The position numbers were made by a program, and so were the translations under genes. Shown in pieces: positions 41,663 to 50,338 of a stretch of 64,000 bases of DNA (its first letter is position 1; each line of letters begins with the position of its first letter). A model generated the notes under the pieces. The model saw nothing but the letters and a program-made list of their open reading frames with translations. It searched no databases and was not told where the DNA came from. The DNA is from a virus. Location of the stretch: IMG/VR virus record IMGVR_UViG_3300034121_001395. One strand, given 5' to 3'.

Positions 41663-42532
41663 ATGTTACTAATCGACTATTCTGGAATTGCAATCTCTGC
41701 TATATTTTCTCAATCGCGCCCTGGGAAAATTACAGAGGACTTTATGCGACATATTATCTTAAATTCGCTGAGAATGTATAATCTCAAGTATAGAGAAAAG
41801 TATGGACGTATGATTATCGCATGTGATGGCGGCAGTTGGCGTAAAGATTATTATCCGCAATACAAAGCTGGACGCAAGAAGAGTCGTGAGGCGTCTGATC
41901 TTGACTGGAAAGAAATTTTTGCTATCATAAACAAGATACGTGATGAAATAGTTGAGCATATGCCATATCCAGTAGTAGTTGTACAAGGCGCAGAAGCTGA
42001 CGATGTTATTGGCACACTCGTTGAATCTACTCAAGAGTTTGGTCAGCATGAACCTGTAATGATTATCAGCGCAGACAAAGATTTTATTCAACTTCAAAAG
42101 TATGATAATGTCTCTCAGTACAGCCCTATGACTAAGAAGATGTTGAGTGATAAAAACCCGGCTAATTATCTCTATGAGCATATCTTTCGTGGTGACAGCG
42201 GTGATGGCATTCCAAATGTCTTGTCATCTGATACTGTATTTGTTGATGGCGGTCGTCAAACACCACTCAGTTCAACTAAAATGACAGCATGGATCGCTGC
42301 TGCAAATGAAGGTAAACTACAAAGTGTTCTTCCAGAAACAGTCTATCGCAACTATATTCGTAATAGCACAATAATTGATCTTAGCAAAACACCAGAAAAT
42401 GTAAAAGCTTCAATTCTATCTGCATATTCCGAGTGTGCTTCTGTCGGAAACTCTAAAATACTTAACTATCTTATCTCTAAGCGTTGCAACATGTTAGTAT
42501 CATGTGCTGAAGAATTTTTTACACATAAATAA
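41663..42532 (+). CDS. rnh: RNase H / 5'-3' flap exonuclease (T4 rnh)
   Basis: WRKDYYPQYK, EADDVIG, SADKDFIQL and GDSGDGIPN; early promoter at 41627-41656. Confidence 0.93.
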   Translation: MLLIDYSGIAISAIFSQSRPGKITEDFMRHIILNSLRMYNLKYREKYGRMIIACDGGSWRKDYYPQYKAGRKKSREASDLDWKEIFAIINKIRDEIVEHMPYPVVVVQGAEADDVIGTLVESTQEFGQHEPVMIISADKDFIQLQKYDNVSQYSPMTKKMLSDKNPANYLYEHIFRGDSGDGIPNVLSSDTVFVDGGRQTPLSSTKMTAWIAAANEGKLQSVLPETVYRNYIRNSTIIDLSKTPENVKASILSAYSECASVGNSKILNYLISKRCNMLVSCAEEFFTHK

Positions 42533-42543
42533 AACCATACATT

Positions 42544-42996
42544 ATGAGACCACAAACTGCATCAAACAACAGAACGAAACATCCGTTTGAAATTTTTGAA
42601 AGCATACAGGCGACAGACAAAGTCGCTGATCGAGTGCACATACTTCAAGAAAATGAATCTTATGAATTAAAGACTATACTTCAGGCAGCATTTCGTCCTG
42701 ATATAAAATTTGATTTACCGGTAGGTGCTCCTCCATATACGCCTAGCCCAAACCCAGCAGGAGTAAATTTTTCTCCGCTAAGAAAACAGATTGATACCCT
42801 ACCTCGCCTTTTAGTTGGTAATACTACATATGACAAGATTAAAAAAGAGATGGCCTTTATCAAACTATTAGAAAATGTTCATGCATCTGATGCAGAAATT
42901 TTAATTGCAATGAAAGATAAAAAACTACATAAAAAATATAGTCTACTTACGTCTTCACTCATTAAAAAGGCCTTTCCAAATCTTGGCATAGAATAA
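42544..42996 (+). CDS. Conserved T4-like hypothetical protein (DUF6433-like)
   Basis: LPVGAPPY..FIKLLENVHASDAEIL..KDKKL. Confidence 0.7.
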   Translation: MRPQTASNNRTKHPFEIFESIQATDKVADRVHILQENESYELKTILQAAFRPDIKFDLPVGAPPYTPSPNPAGVNFSPLRKQIDTLPRLLVGNTTYDKIKKEMAFIKLLENVHASDAEILIAMKDKKLHKKYSLLTSSLIKKAFPNLGIE

Positions 42997-42997
42997 T

Positions 42998-43255
42998 ATG
43001 AGATACGACTACTATTGTATAGAATGCGACGCCCGCTGGGAAGAAACTCAGTTCATGAATGATCGGGACCTCCCGACTATATTACCATGTCCGCATTGCG
43101 ATAAGACCGAGTGTGTTAAGCGAGGAGTAGTTTCCTTAGCGATATCATATGCAGGCGGTCAGACTGTCCTTCAACGAGCAGGTTCTGGTTGGAATGACGT
43201 ATTAAACAAAGTAAAAAAAGCAAGTGGAAGAAAAGCAAATATAGAAACCCGTTAA
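42998..43255 (+). CDS. FmdB-like zinc-ribbon protein
   Basis: YDYYCIEC..PCPHC..GWNDVL. Confidence 0.75.
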   Translation: MRYDYYCIECDARWEETQFMNDRDLPTILPCPHCDKTECVKRGVVSLAISYAGGQTVLQRAGSGWNDVLNKVKKASGRKANIETR

Positions 43256-43424
43256 ATATGGGACGCAGCAGAAAAAACAAAGACAAAAAAAGACAAGACA
43301 CCTATTATGATGATAGTTATGATGAACGATCACGTAATAAAAAATTTAAGAAAAATCGATTTAACGACAATAGAAGAGACAAAGAAATACAACAAAAATT
43401 ATTTGTTGATTGGGATAAACTCTG

Positions 43425-44120
43425 ATGACTCGAAAAAAGTTTACACACACACCTCTAGATCTTGGCTATAGTGATCTAGAAGCAAACACTACCACTTCTG
43501 GTCGTTTTTATATGACGCCTAATGGTAAAGCCTATCCTAGTATTACTACTGTATTAGGCATTCGTAACAAAGGTGCACTTCAAGAATGGAGAGCACGAGT
43601 TGGCGAAGTTGAAGCAGCACGTGTAGCCCGACATGCAAGTACGCGAGGCACAGCTTTACATGCAGCCGTTGAACGATATATTGATAACATTGATTCATAT
43701 TTTGCTGAAGGAGAGATGCCTCATGTAAAAGATATGTTTAACTCTATCAAGCCTGTCTTGGATGACCGAATCGATAACGTATGTCTTCAAGAGGCTCCAC
43801 TCTACTCAGATCATCTTGGACTCGCTGGACGAGTTGACCTCATCGCAGAATTTGATGGTCGGCTGAGCATAATCGATTTTAAGACAAGTTCTCGAGCTAA
43901 AACTGAAGATGAGATTGACAGTTATTTTATACAAATGGCAGCATATGCTATTATGTGTGAAGAGCGTACAGGCACACCAGTAAGTCAAGGAGTAATCGTT
44001 ATGGCTGTAGAAAACAGTTCACAACCGCTGGTTTTTGTGCAAAAACGAGATGGTTGGACAGATGAACTTTTTAAAACTATAAATGAATATAATACCAAAA
44101 AACTATTTGGACATGCATAA
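43425..44120 (+). CDS. PD-(D/E)xK (Cas4-like) exonuclease
   Basis: YPSITTVL, RGTALH, AGRVDL, IIDFKTS and QMAAYA. Confidence 0.88.
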   Translation: MTRKKFTHTPLDLGYSDLEANTTTSGRFYMTPNGKAYPSITTVLGIRNKGALQEWRARVGEVEAARVARHASTRGTALHAAVERYIDNIDSYFAEGEMPHVKDMFNSIKPVLDDRIDNVCLQEAPLYSDHLGLAGRVDLIAEFDGRLSIIDFKTSSRAKTEDEIDSYFIQMAAYAIMCEERTGTPVSQGVIVMAVENSSQPLVFVQKRDGWTDELFKTINEYNTKKLFGHA

Positions 44121-44724
44121 ACACAACATACAAAATAAGGGCTTACTGGATCTACTAAAAGGCGGCGCAAATGATTGCTTTACGAGCGACTATGGTGCAG
44201 TCAAAGAATATTATCTTTCTGAAGAGATTGGTGATGCAAGTGACTATATACAATGGTTTCATGATATACGCAACAGTCGTCAGAGTGATGTCGTTAAAAT
44301 TCACATCAATTGTCCTGGAGGCAACTTGTTTACTACAATTCAGTTTATGCAGGCACTCTCAGAAACTGAAGCACATATTATGGTAAGCGTTGAGGGGGCA
44401 TGCATGAGTGCGGCAACTCTAATTTTCTTGATGGCTGACGAGTATATGATAACAGATCATAGTATGTTCTTGTTTCATAACTATAGCGCAGGAACTGCTG
44501 GCAAAGGTGGTGAGATGTATCATGGCATGGTTCACGAACGCAACTGGAGCGCAAACCTGTTTAGAGACATGTATTCAGATTTTCTCACAGAGGCCGAGAT
44601 TAAAGACATGCTTGAAGACAAAGACATCTGGATGGATGCGCAACAGGTACTTGATCGTTTAGAGAAGCGCGGCAAGTCCATTCAAAAACGAATCAAGGCT
44701 GAAGAGAAGAAGAAAAAAGTATAA
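44113..44724 (+). CDS. ClpP-like protease
   Basis: IHINCPGG, CMSAATLIF and MFLFH. Confidence 0.8.
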   Translation: MHKHNIQNKGLLDLLKGGANDCFTSDYGAVKEYYLSEEIGDASDYIQWFHDIRNSRQSDVVKIHINCPGGNLFTTIQFMQALSETEAHIMVSVEGACMSAATLIFLMADEYMITDHSMFLFHNYSAGTAGKGGEMYHGMVHERNWSANLFRDMYSDFLTEAEIKDMLEDKDIWMDAQQVLDRLEKRGKSIQKRIKAEEKKKKV

Positions 44725-44733
44725 ATACACTAT

Positions 44734-45795
44734 ATGTCAAAGACTTCGCAGCTAACAGAATTAACAACAGGACTTGCACAAAATGATATTTTGCAAGTTG
44801 TTGATGTTAGTGATCTTAATATGGCCACAAGTGGCACAAATAAAAAGATCACTATAGGCAACCTAGCAACTGGTTTGGGTAATAGTGGTACTTTACAAGC
44901 AACAATACCAGCAGGCACGACAAGTCAATATTGGCGAGGAGACAAGACTTGGCAAACATTAAACAAAGCAGTTGTAGGGTTAACCAACGTTGATAACACA
45001 AGTGATGCAAATAAACCGGTATCAACAGCGACACAAACTGCATTAAATCTTAAAGCAAATCTTGCAAGTCCTACATTTACAGGAACAGTTACACTTCCAA
45101 CCGATGTTGTAATATCTGGTTCTAGTTCTGGTGATGCAGTGCGTATTACTCAAACTGGTTCTGGTAATGCTCTAGTTGTGGAGGACAGCGCAAATCCGGA
45201 CGCAACACCATTTGTGATAAACTCTAGCGGACAGTTATTTATTGGAAAAACGAGTAGCGAAGATACTGGATTAAGAACAATTGACATTATTTCAAATGGA
45301 GGTGCTTCCGTTGCAAACAACGGAAACATTAGATCCATACGCTGTGCAGATGAAGTTACTGGAATTATATATTCACAGGGGAGAACAAGAGGTAGTGCGC
45401 AAACACAAACAATTGTTCAAGCAGATGATAGTTTAGGCAATTTTGTTTGGTCTGGATATGATGGAGTCGATCAAATAGTTGCAGCTAGAATCTCCTCACT
45501 TGTAGACGGGACACCTGGAGCAAATGATATGCCGGGCCGCTTGGAATTCTCGACAACTTCTGATGGGGCGGCCACTCCGACAGAACGCATGCGCATCACT
45601 AGTTCTGGAAATGTTGGAATTGGCACTACCTCACCAAATTCTAAACTACACATCGCTGGAGACCTCACCGTTTCATCCGCTACCGTGGCGACTTCCGCAA
45701 CTGCCGGAACTAACGGTGATGTACCAGTTCAAGTCGCAGGATACCTAGTTGTAAACATCAACGGAACCGCTCGCAAGATTCCATACTACGCATAA
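44734..45795 (+). CDS. Tail-fibre-like structural protein
   Basis: VGLTNVDNTSDANKPVSTATQTALNLKANLASPTFTG and ERMRITSSGNVGIGTTSP repeats; TATAAATA upstream. Confidence 0.7.
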   Translation: MSKTSQLTELTTGLAQNDILQVVDVSDLNMATSGTNKKITIGNLATGLGNSGTLQATIPAGTTSQYWRGDKTWQTLNKAVVGLTNVDNTSDANKPVSTATQTALNLKANLASPTFTGTVTLPTDVVISGSSSGDAVRITQTGSGNALVVEDSANPDATPFVINSSGQLFIGKTSSEDTGLRTIDIISNGGASVANNGNIRSIRCADEVTGIIYSQGRTRGSAQTQTIVQADDSLGNFVWSGYDGVDQIVAARISSLVDGTPGANDMPGRLEFSTTSDGAATPTERMRITSSGNVGIGTTSPNSKLHIAGDLTVSSATVATSATAGTNGDVPVQVAGYLVVNINGTARKIPYYA

Positions 45796-45796
45796 T

Positions 45797-46005
45797 ATAA
45801 AAACACTTATCTCAAGCACAGAAGATTCTGCAACTATGAGTTCAAATTTGGTGATGTCATTCGGGTAGTTGAATATAGCAAGTCGCCGCCACAGGAAAGC
45901 GAAGAGCAAGCCCCAAAGCAACCATTCGACCATGAGGCAATGTCAGAAGCTGAGTACCAAAGTTGGGTGAGGCTATCTAACGCTAACATGCAACTTCGCT
46001 GTTAA
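45797..46005 (+). pseudogene. Degenerate small ORF after the fibre gene
   Basis: ATA for ATG plus a 1-nt shift restores (M)KTLISSTEDSATYEFKFGDVIRVVEYSKSPPQE..WVRLSN. Confidence 0.35.
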
Positions 46006-46165
46006 TATGCTTAATGGCGAGGGTGGTAATATCATCCCAATAAATAACCAAATTTACCATACCGTCCATTAATACTTGCCATGCCTCTCAACGATGCGCA
46101 CTTTGGTGGGTATTTTTGCATAAAAAATCATAAATTTGGCATTTTTAGACCTTGGAAGCACTAGA

Positions 46166-46275
46166 TTTCTCTATACGGGGCCTAACTTCGGGACCTTTTT
46201 TCACTTTTTTGAAAAAAGTTGTGTACTTTCTCTGCATTTTAGTGTATAATGACCATGTAAGCAACACAACACAAT
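46166..46275 (+). repeat. Repeated early-promoter cassette, copy 3 (heads the ncRNA array)
   Basis: TTTCTCTATACGGGGCCTAACTTCGGGACCTTTTTTCACTTTTTTGAAAAAAGTTGTGTAC-N18-TATAAT. Confidence 0.85.
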
Positions 46276-46362
46276 ATGAAAGAAACATTAGGAATTTTCA
46301 TCGGAATCAATGCAGCAGTTTGGTTCGTCATCTTTATCCAAACCATGAACGGTAGTTGGTAA
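46276..46362 (+). CDS. 28-aa hydrophobic peptide
   Basis: MKETLGIFIGINAAVWFVIFIQTMNGSW directly after the promoter. Confidence 0.45.
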   Translation: MKETLGIFIGINAAVWFVIFIQTMNGSW

Positions 46363-46366
46363 TCAC

Positions 46367-46455
46367 AAGAGTTGAACATCTTTTAAAAAGCTTTGAGCTT
46401 CGGGCACTCGTTAAACCGCTCTAGAGAGTTGAGCATCTCTTAAAACTGCTCACCA
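46367..46455 (+). ncRNA. Three tandem H-type pseudoknot units
   Basis: For example AGAGA-GTTGAGCA-TCTCT-TAAAAC-TGCTCA; ends in CCA. Confidence 0.55.
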
Positions 46456-46472
46456 CTTTCAAAAAACAATTT

Positions 46473-46635
46473 TCCCCTGAAGTATTGGCCCGCCAGTAGA
46501 TCTTCTAGAACAAACACTAAGTGAATCCCGGGCATGTGACCAGTTGGAGTTAACGCCACCGAAACATGAATAGCTTAGTCAATGATCTAGAATGAACTCT
46601 GGGAGACGAGGTTCGACTCCTCGCGGGGGACACCA
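46473..46635 (+). ncRNA. tmRNA-TLD-like, CCA-ended structured RNA
   Basis: Acceptor TCCCCTG/CGGGGGA, T-arm CGAGG-TTCGACT-CCTCG, ACCA end, long interrupted helix in place of the anticodon arm. Confidence 0.7.
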
Positions 46636-46652
46636 CTTTCAAAAACAAATTT

Positions 46653-46823
46653 AAGGTAATGCCCCAATCGTAAGAGACTGCAGCTCGAGAAGATAAGAAA
46701 ATTAAATGTGCAGATGGACTCACACAGCCGTTTCTGATGATAGGAAGACCCCAGGATTGCTCAGCAATAGTAAGGAAACCGAACATGCCCGTGTTTCATC
46801 AGCAACAAAAGTTAGGCACGGGA
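46653..46823 (+). ncRNA. Unclassified pseudoknotted RNA
   Basis: CCCGTG/CACGGG stem whose loop TCATCAG complements upstream CTGATGA; CTGCA/TGCAG stem. Confidence 0.45.
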
Positions 46824-46843
46824 AATTTTCAAAAAACAAATTT

Positions 46844-46949
46844 ACTGATGGAGGTTGCAAACGAAATCAGAGATAAAAGGAACGAGCCTCTTGTCCGCAG
46901 GGAGAGCGTTAAAAAGTTTCATGGTGCAATTCCATAGCCTGCGGTGCCA
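46844..46949 (+). ncRNA. tRNA-minihelix-like RNA ending in CCA
   Basis: CCGCAGG/CCTGCGG stem, ATGG-TGCAATT-CCAT T-arm-like hairpin, TGCCA end. Confidence 0.5.
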
Positions 46950-47009
46950 TTTCCAAAAAAAACAACAACAAATACAAATAGAATAACGACATAAGATTTT
47001 AAAACCTTC

Positions 47010-47140
47010 TCTATCGCAAAGCCAGTAGTCATGACCTGGTAGTGGCCTATAAGAATATTATTCAAAAGTCCGTTCAATTCGGAGGTGATAGAAACCTGGG
47101 AGGCTCCTCAGCCCCAATTGAAGCTGTAAAGCACTGAGGA
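47010..47140 (+). ncRNA. Unclassified structured RNA with T-loop-like hairpin
   Basis: TCTATCGC/GTGATAGA, GCCAG/CTGGT, TCCG-TTCAATT-CGGA and TCCTCAG/CTGAGGA. Confidence 0.45.
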
Positions 47141-47281
47141 TACTTTTAAACAACAAACACCAAACCATGAAACTATCGCATTTTTATCCACTGGCCATCT
47201 TGATATCACTATTTTTTGGAGTCTGTATGATTGGATTCATCAGCGCTCTGTTCAAAGCAGTCTATCTTTTCTTTAACTAAT

Positions 47282-47614
47282 ATGAACACACAACGAACAA
47301 TACTAAAGGTTGAAAATAACGAGGCCGGAAAAACAATAATCTTTCATTTGAGGCGTGAGGTAAAAACTCATAATTTGAGAGAGCGTTTGAAAGAGATGGA
47401 GTCTCCAGACTATGTTGGAAAATTTAAACGAGTTGACCTCTATGGCCGCCTTGGAAAAAATAATCCAAATCGTCACAAATATTCTATTTCTAGTCGTCGC
47501 TCAATCTTTCGCAGCCACACTAGAATTCGTTTAGAAGATGCATCACACATTGCAGTCTATGTAAACAACGTCGTGCGCTCTAAGTTTGGTGGTTATACTC
47601 TCGTCTGTTCATGA
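47282..47614 (+). CDS. Hypothetical protein
   Basis: ATG 47282 after a 37-aa membrane ORF (47167-47280); LYGRLGKNNPN. Confidence 0.55.
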   Translation: MNTQRTILKVENNEAGKTIIFHLRREVKTHNLRERLKEMESPDYVGKFKRVDLYGRLGKNNPNRHKYSISSRRSIFRSHTRIRLEDASHIAVYVNNVVRSKFGGYTLVCS

Positions 47615-48207
47615 TTCCGGTTTTTCCCTCTCATAAGACTACACTCGTATTGACTGCAGGCTTTCAGCCGTGTGGATTTTTTTCTGCTCGGTCTGCAATT
47701 CGAAACATGATGGTTGGAGGCGTAAAAGCCTATGACCAGTATGGAAACATACGAGACTGGAGCAGCTGGATCGCGAACGACGATCATCTCAGTCCAAACA
47801 ACCCTGCGCTGAGAAGTGTCGACACGCTGTGGGCAATTCCTACAATCGTGGTGGTTCCTGGCTATTTTGGTCACTACAAGCAAGGCAAAAAGCAGCCGCG
47901 CGCAATCAACCTTCGTCAGCTGTATTATATCTATGGAGGAGAATGTCAATATTGTCTAAAGAAAATTCCATACACTTCTGCGACTCGCGATCATCTCATT
48001 CCTCGCAGTCGTGGAGGCGGCAACAACGACGACAATATCGTTCTCTCTTGCAAAAAGTGTAATACCAAAAAATCAAACAAGTTTCCATATTTCAACATTC
48101 ACGGCTCTGAAGTAAAGCCTAAGATGCTAAAAGACATTGAGTTTAGCGCGCTTAGTGAAAAAGTTACGATTCGTGAAGAGTGGAAGGATTTTTTACAATA
48201 TAAATAA
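47611..48207 (+). CDS. HNH endonuclease (McrA-like)
   Basis: CQYC..TRDHLIPRSRGG..NIVLSCKKCNTKK. Confidence 0.88.
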   Translation: MIPVFPSHKTTLVLTAGFQPCGFFSARSAIRNMMVGGVKAYDQYGNIRDWSSWIANDDHLSPNNPALRSVDTLWAIPTIVVVPGYFGHYKQGKKQPRAINLRQLYYIYGGECQYCLKKIPYTSATRDHLIPRSRGGGNNDDNIVLSCKKCNTKKSNKFPYFNIHGSEVKPKMLKDIEFSALSEKVTIREEWKDFLQYK

Positions 48208-48229
48208 ATCACTTATAGATAAAAAAGAT

Positions 48230-48259
48230 GTTTACATGTGAGAGAGTTTAGTGTATAAT
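48230..48259 (+). promoter_or_regulatory. Early promoter upstream of the tRNA cluster
   Basis: GTTTAC-N18-TATAAT. Confidence 0.7.
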
Positions 48260-48495
48260 GTCTCTGTAAGCAACAAGAAACAAAAGTTTCATAACTGAAC
48301 GCCACATCAACTGCTACTGAAAGTTGAGAACGTCCGTGGTTGTACGGCTTGGATCACTCAGTGATGCGATGTCAAAGGTTTGTATATAGGAGTTTTCGGT
48401 CCCTATAAAAAAGTCATAGTTGATTGCAGTTGCAGCGCACATTTTTTGCGCTCCTCATTCGACATGCCAATATGATTAACCGATAAATTTTCAAT

Positions 48496-48569
48496 CGCGA
48501 GTTAGAGTAGTGGTTACTCGGCAGTCTCATAAGCTGCATAGGTCGGTTCGATTCCGACACTCGCAACCA
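48496..48569 (+). tRNA. tRNA-Met(CAT), initiator-like (C1:A72)
   Basis: CGCGAGT/ACTCGCA, GCAGT-CTCATAA-GCTGC, CCA. Confidence 0.88.
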
Positions 48570-48577
48570 TTTTATAT

Positions 48578-48673
48578 GCTAGAGTGTCCTGAATTGGTTA
48601 AAGGTCCTTCTTTATAAGGGGGTAGAATCGGTCATCGAGCCGTATGTGGGTTCGAGTCCCACCTCTAGTACCA
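48578..48673 (+). tRNA. tRNA-Ile(TAT) with long variable arm
   Basis: GCTAGAG/CTCTAGT, CCTTC-TTTATAA-GGGGG, about 23-nt variable region, A73, CCA. Confidence 0.78.
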
Positions 48674-48677
48674 CTTT

Positions 48678-48751
48678 CGCACGTTGGCAGAGAAGTCATG
48701 CAGTGGTCTGCAAAACCGCCTAGTCCAGAGCGTTACTGGAACGTGCGTCCA
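48678..48751 (+). tRNA. tRNA-Cys(GCA), atypical T-loop
   Basis: CGCACGT/ACGTGCG, GTGGT-CTGCAAA-ACCGC, U73, T-loop AGCGTTA. Confidence 0.8.
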
Positions 48752-48763
48752 TCTACAACCCAT

Positions 48764-48838
48764 GCTCACGTCGTCTAATGGTTAGGACTTGCGGTTTTCA
48801 TCCGCACAATCGGGATTCGATTTCCCGCGTGAGTACCA
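48764..48838 (+). tRNA. tRNA-Glu(TTC)
   Basis: TGCGG-TTTTCAT-CCGCA, CCA. Confidence 0.88.
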
Positions 48839-48852
48839 ATAAATAATACACC

Positions 48853-49080
48853 ATGAAAACTATATTTCGCACCTCAACATACGTCAAGGTCGGTCAATTT
48901 TACCTTTCAATAAAACTGCCACTTAAGAGCGGTGAACGTCGCTTTAGAGTCACTCGTGATCATTCACGCTTTCAAAACTATTTTGAAATGCACGCTCTAG
49001 GATTTACATGCGGTCGCATGTGGTCTACTCATGCCCAACGTGCGAGTGAGAAGCGTTGGTTAAATTCACTCGAAGAATAA
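48853..49080 (+). CDS. Hypothetical protein
   Basis: 75-aa ORF within the tRNA cluster. Confidence 0.5.
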   Translation: MKTIFRTSTYVKVGQFYLSIKLPLKSGERRFRVTRDHSRFQNYFEMHALGFTCGRMWSTHAQRASEKRWLNSLEE

Positions 49081-49084
49081 CACT

Positions 49085-49456
49085 ATGAAAATATACATTG
49101 AACGATGGATGACTGAAACTGTCCACACTGGAAAGCTGTTTAGCATAGACACCGAAAAGTTGAGAGAACTCTATGATGAATATGCACATCTCTCTGACGA
49201 AGAACTCGTTGAACGCGTGAGCGAAGATTCTGAATGCGGCGAGCTTGATTGGCATGAACAGTACGAAGACGCCCTGTCTGCATGCGACATTTCAGGAGAA
49301 AACAGTCTAGTAAAGCTTCACACATCAGAGACCCTGCAAGACAATCTAGAATGGGGTGTCTGGCACAGAGGTCGTCTTACTCTCAATGAAGAATATATAG
49401 ACATTGATACAGAAAATTTTGAAGAGTTTGTCTCTAAAATTCCTCACTATAAATAA
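49085..49456 (+). CDS. Hypothetical acidic protein
   Basis: 123-aa ORF within the tRNA cluster. Confidence 0.55.
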   Translation: MKIYIERWMTETVHTGKLFSIDTEKLRELYDEYAHLSDEELVERVSEDSECGELDWHEQYEDALSACDISGENSLVKLHTSETLQDNLEWGVWHRGRLTLNEEYIDIDTENFEEFVSKIPHYK

Positions 49457-49464
49457 CTTTACAA

Positions 49465-49539
49465 TCCGACTTAGCTCAGCGGCAGAGCGGGTGCCTGTTA
49501 AGCACTAGGTCCATGGTTCGATCCCATGAGTCGGAGCCA
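49465..49539 (+). tRNA. tRNA-Asn(GTT)
   Basis: TCCGACT/AGTCGGA, anticodon loop CTGTTAA, CCA. Confidence 0.92.
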
Positions 49540-49547
49540 ATTTTTAC

Positions 49548-49622
49548 GCCTCCTTAGCACAGTGGTAGTGCAGCTCATTTGTAATGAGCAGGTCGTCCGT
49601 TCGAATCGGACAGGAGGCTCCA
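49548..49622 (+). tRNA. tRNA-Thr(TGT)
   Basis: GCCTCCT/AGGAGGC, GCTCA-TTTGTAA-TGAGC. Confidence 0.92.
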
Positions 49623-49631
49623 GTTTAAAGT

Positions 49632-49708
<77 letters not shown>

Positions 49709-49715
49709 TATTTTA

Positions 49716-49792
49716 CGGGATGTAGCTCAGCCTGGTAGAGCGCTGCGTTTGGGACGCAGATGTCGCATGTTCGAATCGTGTCATCCCGACCA
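49716..49792 (+). tRNA. tRNA-Pro(TGG)
   Basis: CGGGATG/CATCCCG, CTGCG-TTTGGGA-CGCAG. Confidence 0.92.
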
Positions 49793-49828
49793 TTTATAGC
49801 TCAGTTGGTAATTTTTATAAATAATAAT

Positions 49829-50256
49829 ATGCTTCATAAACATCATATTATTCCACGACACATGGGAGGTACAGACGATCCCTCTAATATAATTGAATTA
49901 ACTATTGAGCAGCACGCAGATGCTCATAAAAAATTATATGAGCAACATGGTAAACTAGAAGATTATGTTGCTTGGAAAGGATTATCTGGACAAATCAACA
50001 GAGAAGAAGTTATTGCTTATAAATGTTCTATGGGCGGTCATGCCAATAAAGACGTGCCAAAAAGCGAAGATCATAAAGCAAAAATTGCTATAACATTAAC
50101 GGGAACAACTCATACAGAGGAAAGAAAAAATAATATTGCTAAATCTGCCATTGGTAATAAAAATTCAAAAAATCATTCTAGCGAAGAATATAAACAAAAA
50201 CAAAGCGATGCAATGAAACAAGCTTGGGCTAGAAGAAAATTAAAACAATCAACAAA

Positions 50257-50266
<10 letters not shown>
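49829..50266 (+). CDS. HNH homing endonuclease; stop codon inside tRNA-Ala
   Basis: HKHHIIPRHMGGTDDPSNIIELTIEQHADAH and NUMOD3-like repeats; TATAAATA upstream. Confidence 0.85.
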
Positions 50267-50331
<65 letters not shown>

Positions 50332-50338
50332 TTTTTAA

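Noticed and set aside
45844-46056. Long hairpin (AAATTTGGT/ACCAAATTT), possibly 6S-like on the minus strand
   Set aside because: Pairing is discontinuous and the region reads better as a degenerate ORF; unresolved
46734-46780. CTGATGA...GAAA hammerhead ribozyme core
   Set aside because: No stem II closes between the motifs, and CTGATGA is better explained by pairing with TCATCAG at 46796-46802
46363-47145. CRISPR array, given repeats separating unique sequences
   Set aside because: Linkers are degenerate A-rich tracts and the spacers are 90-170-nt structured units of uneven length; no cas operon (the Cas4-like gene is a normal T4-like exonuclease)
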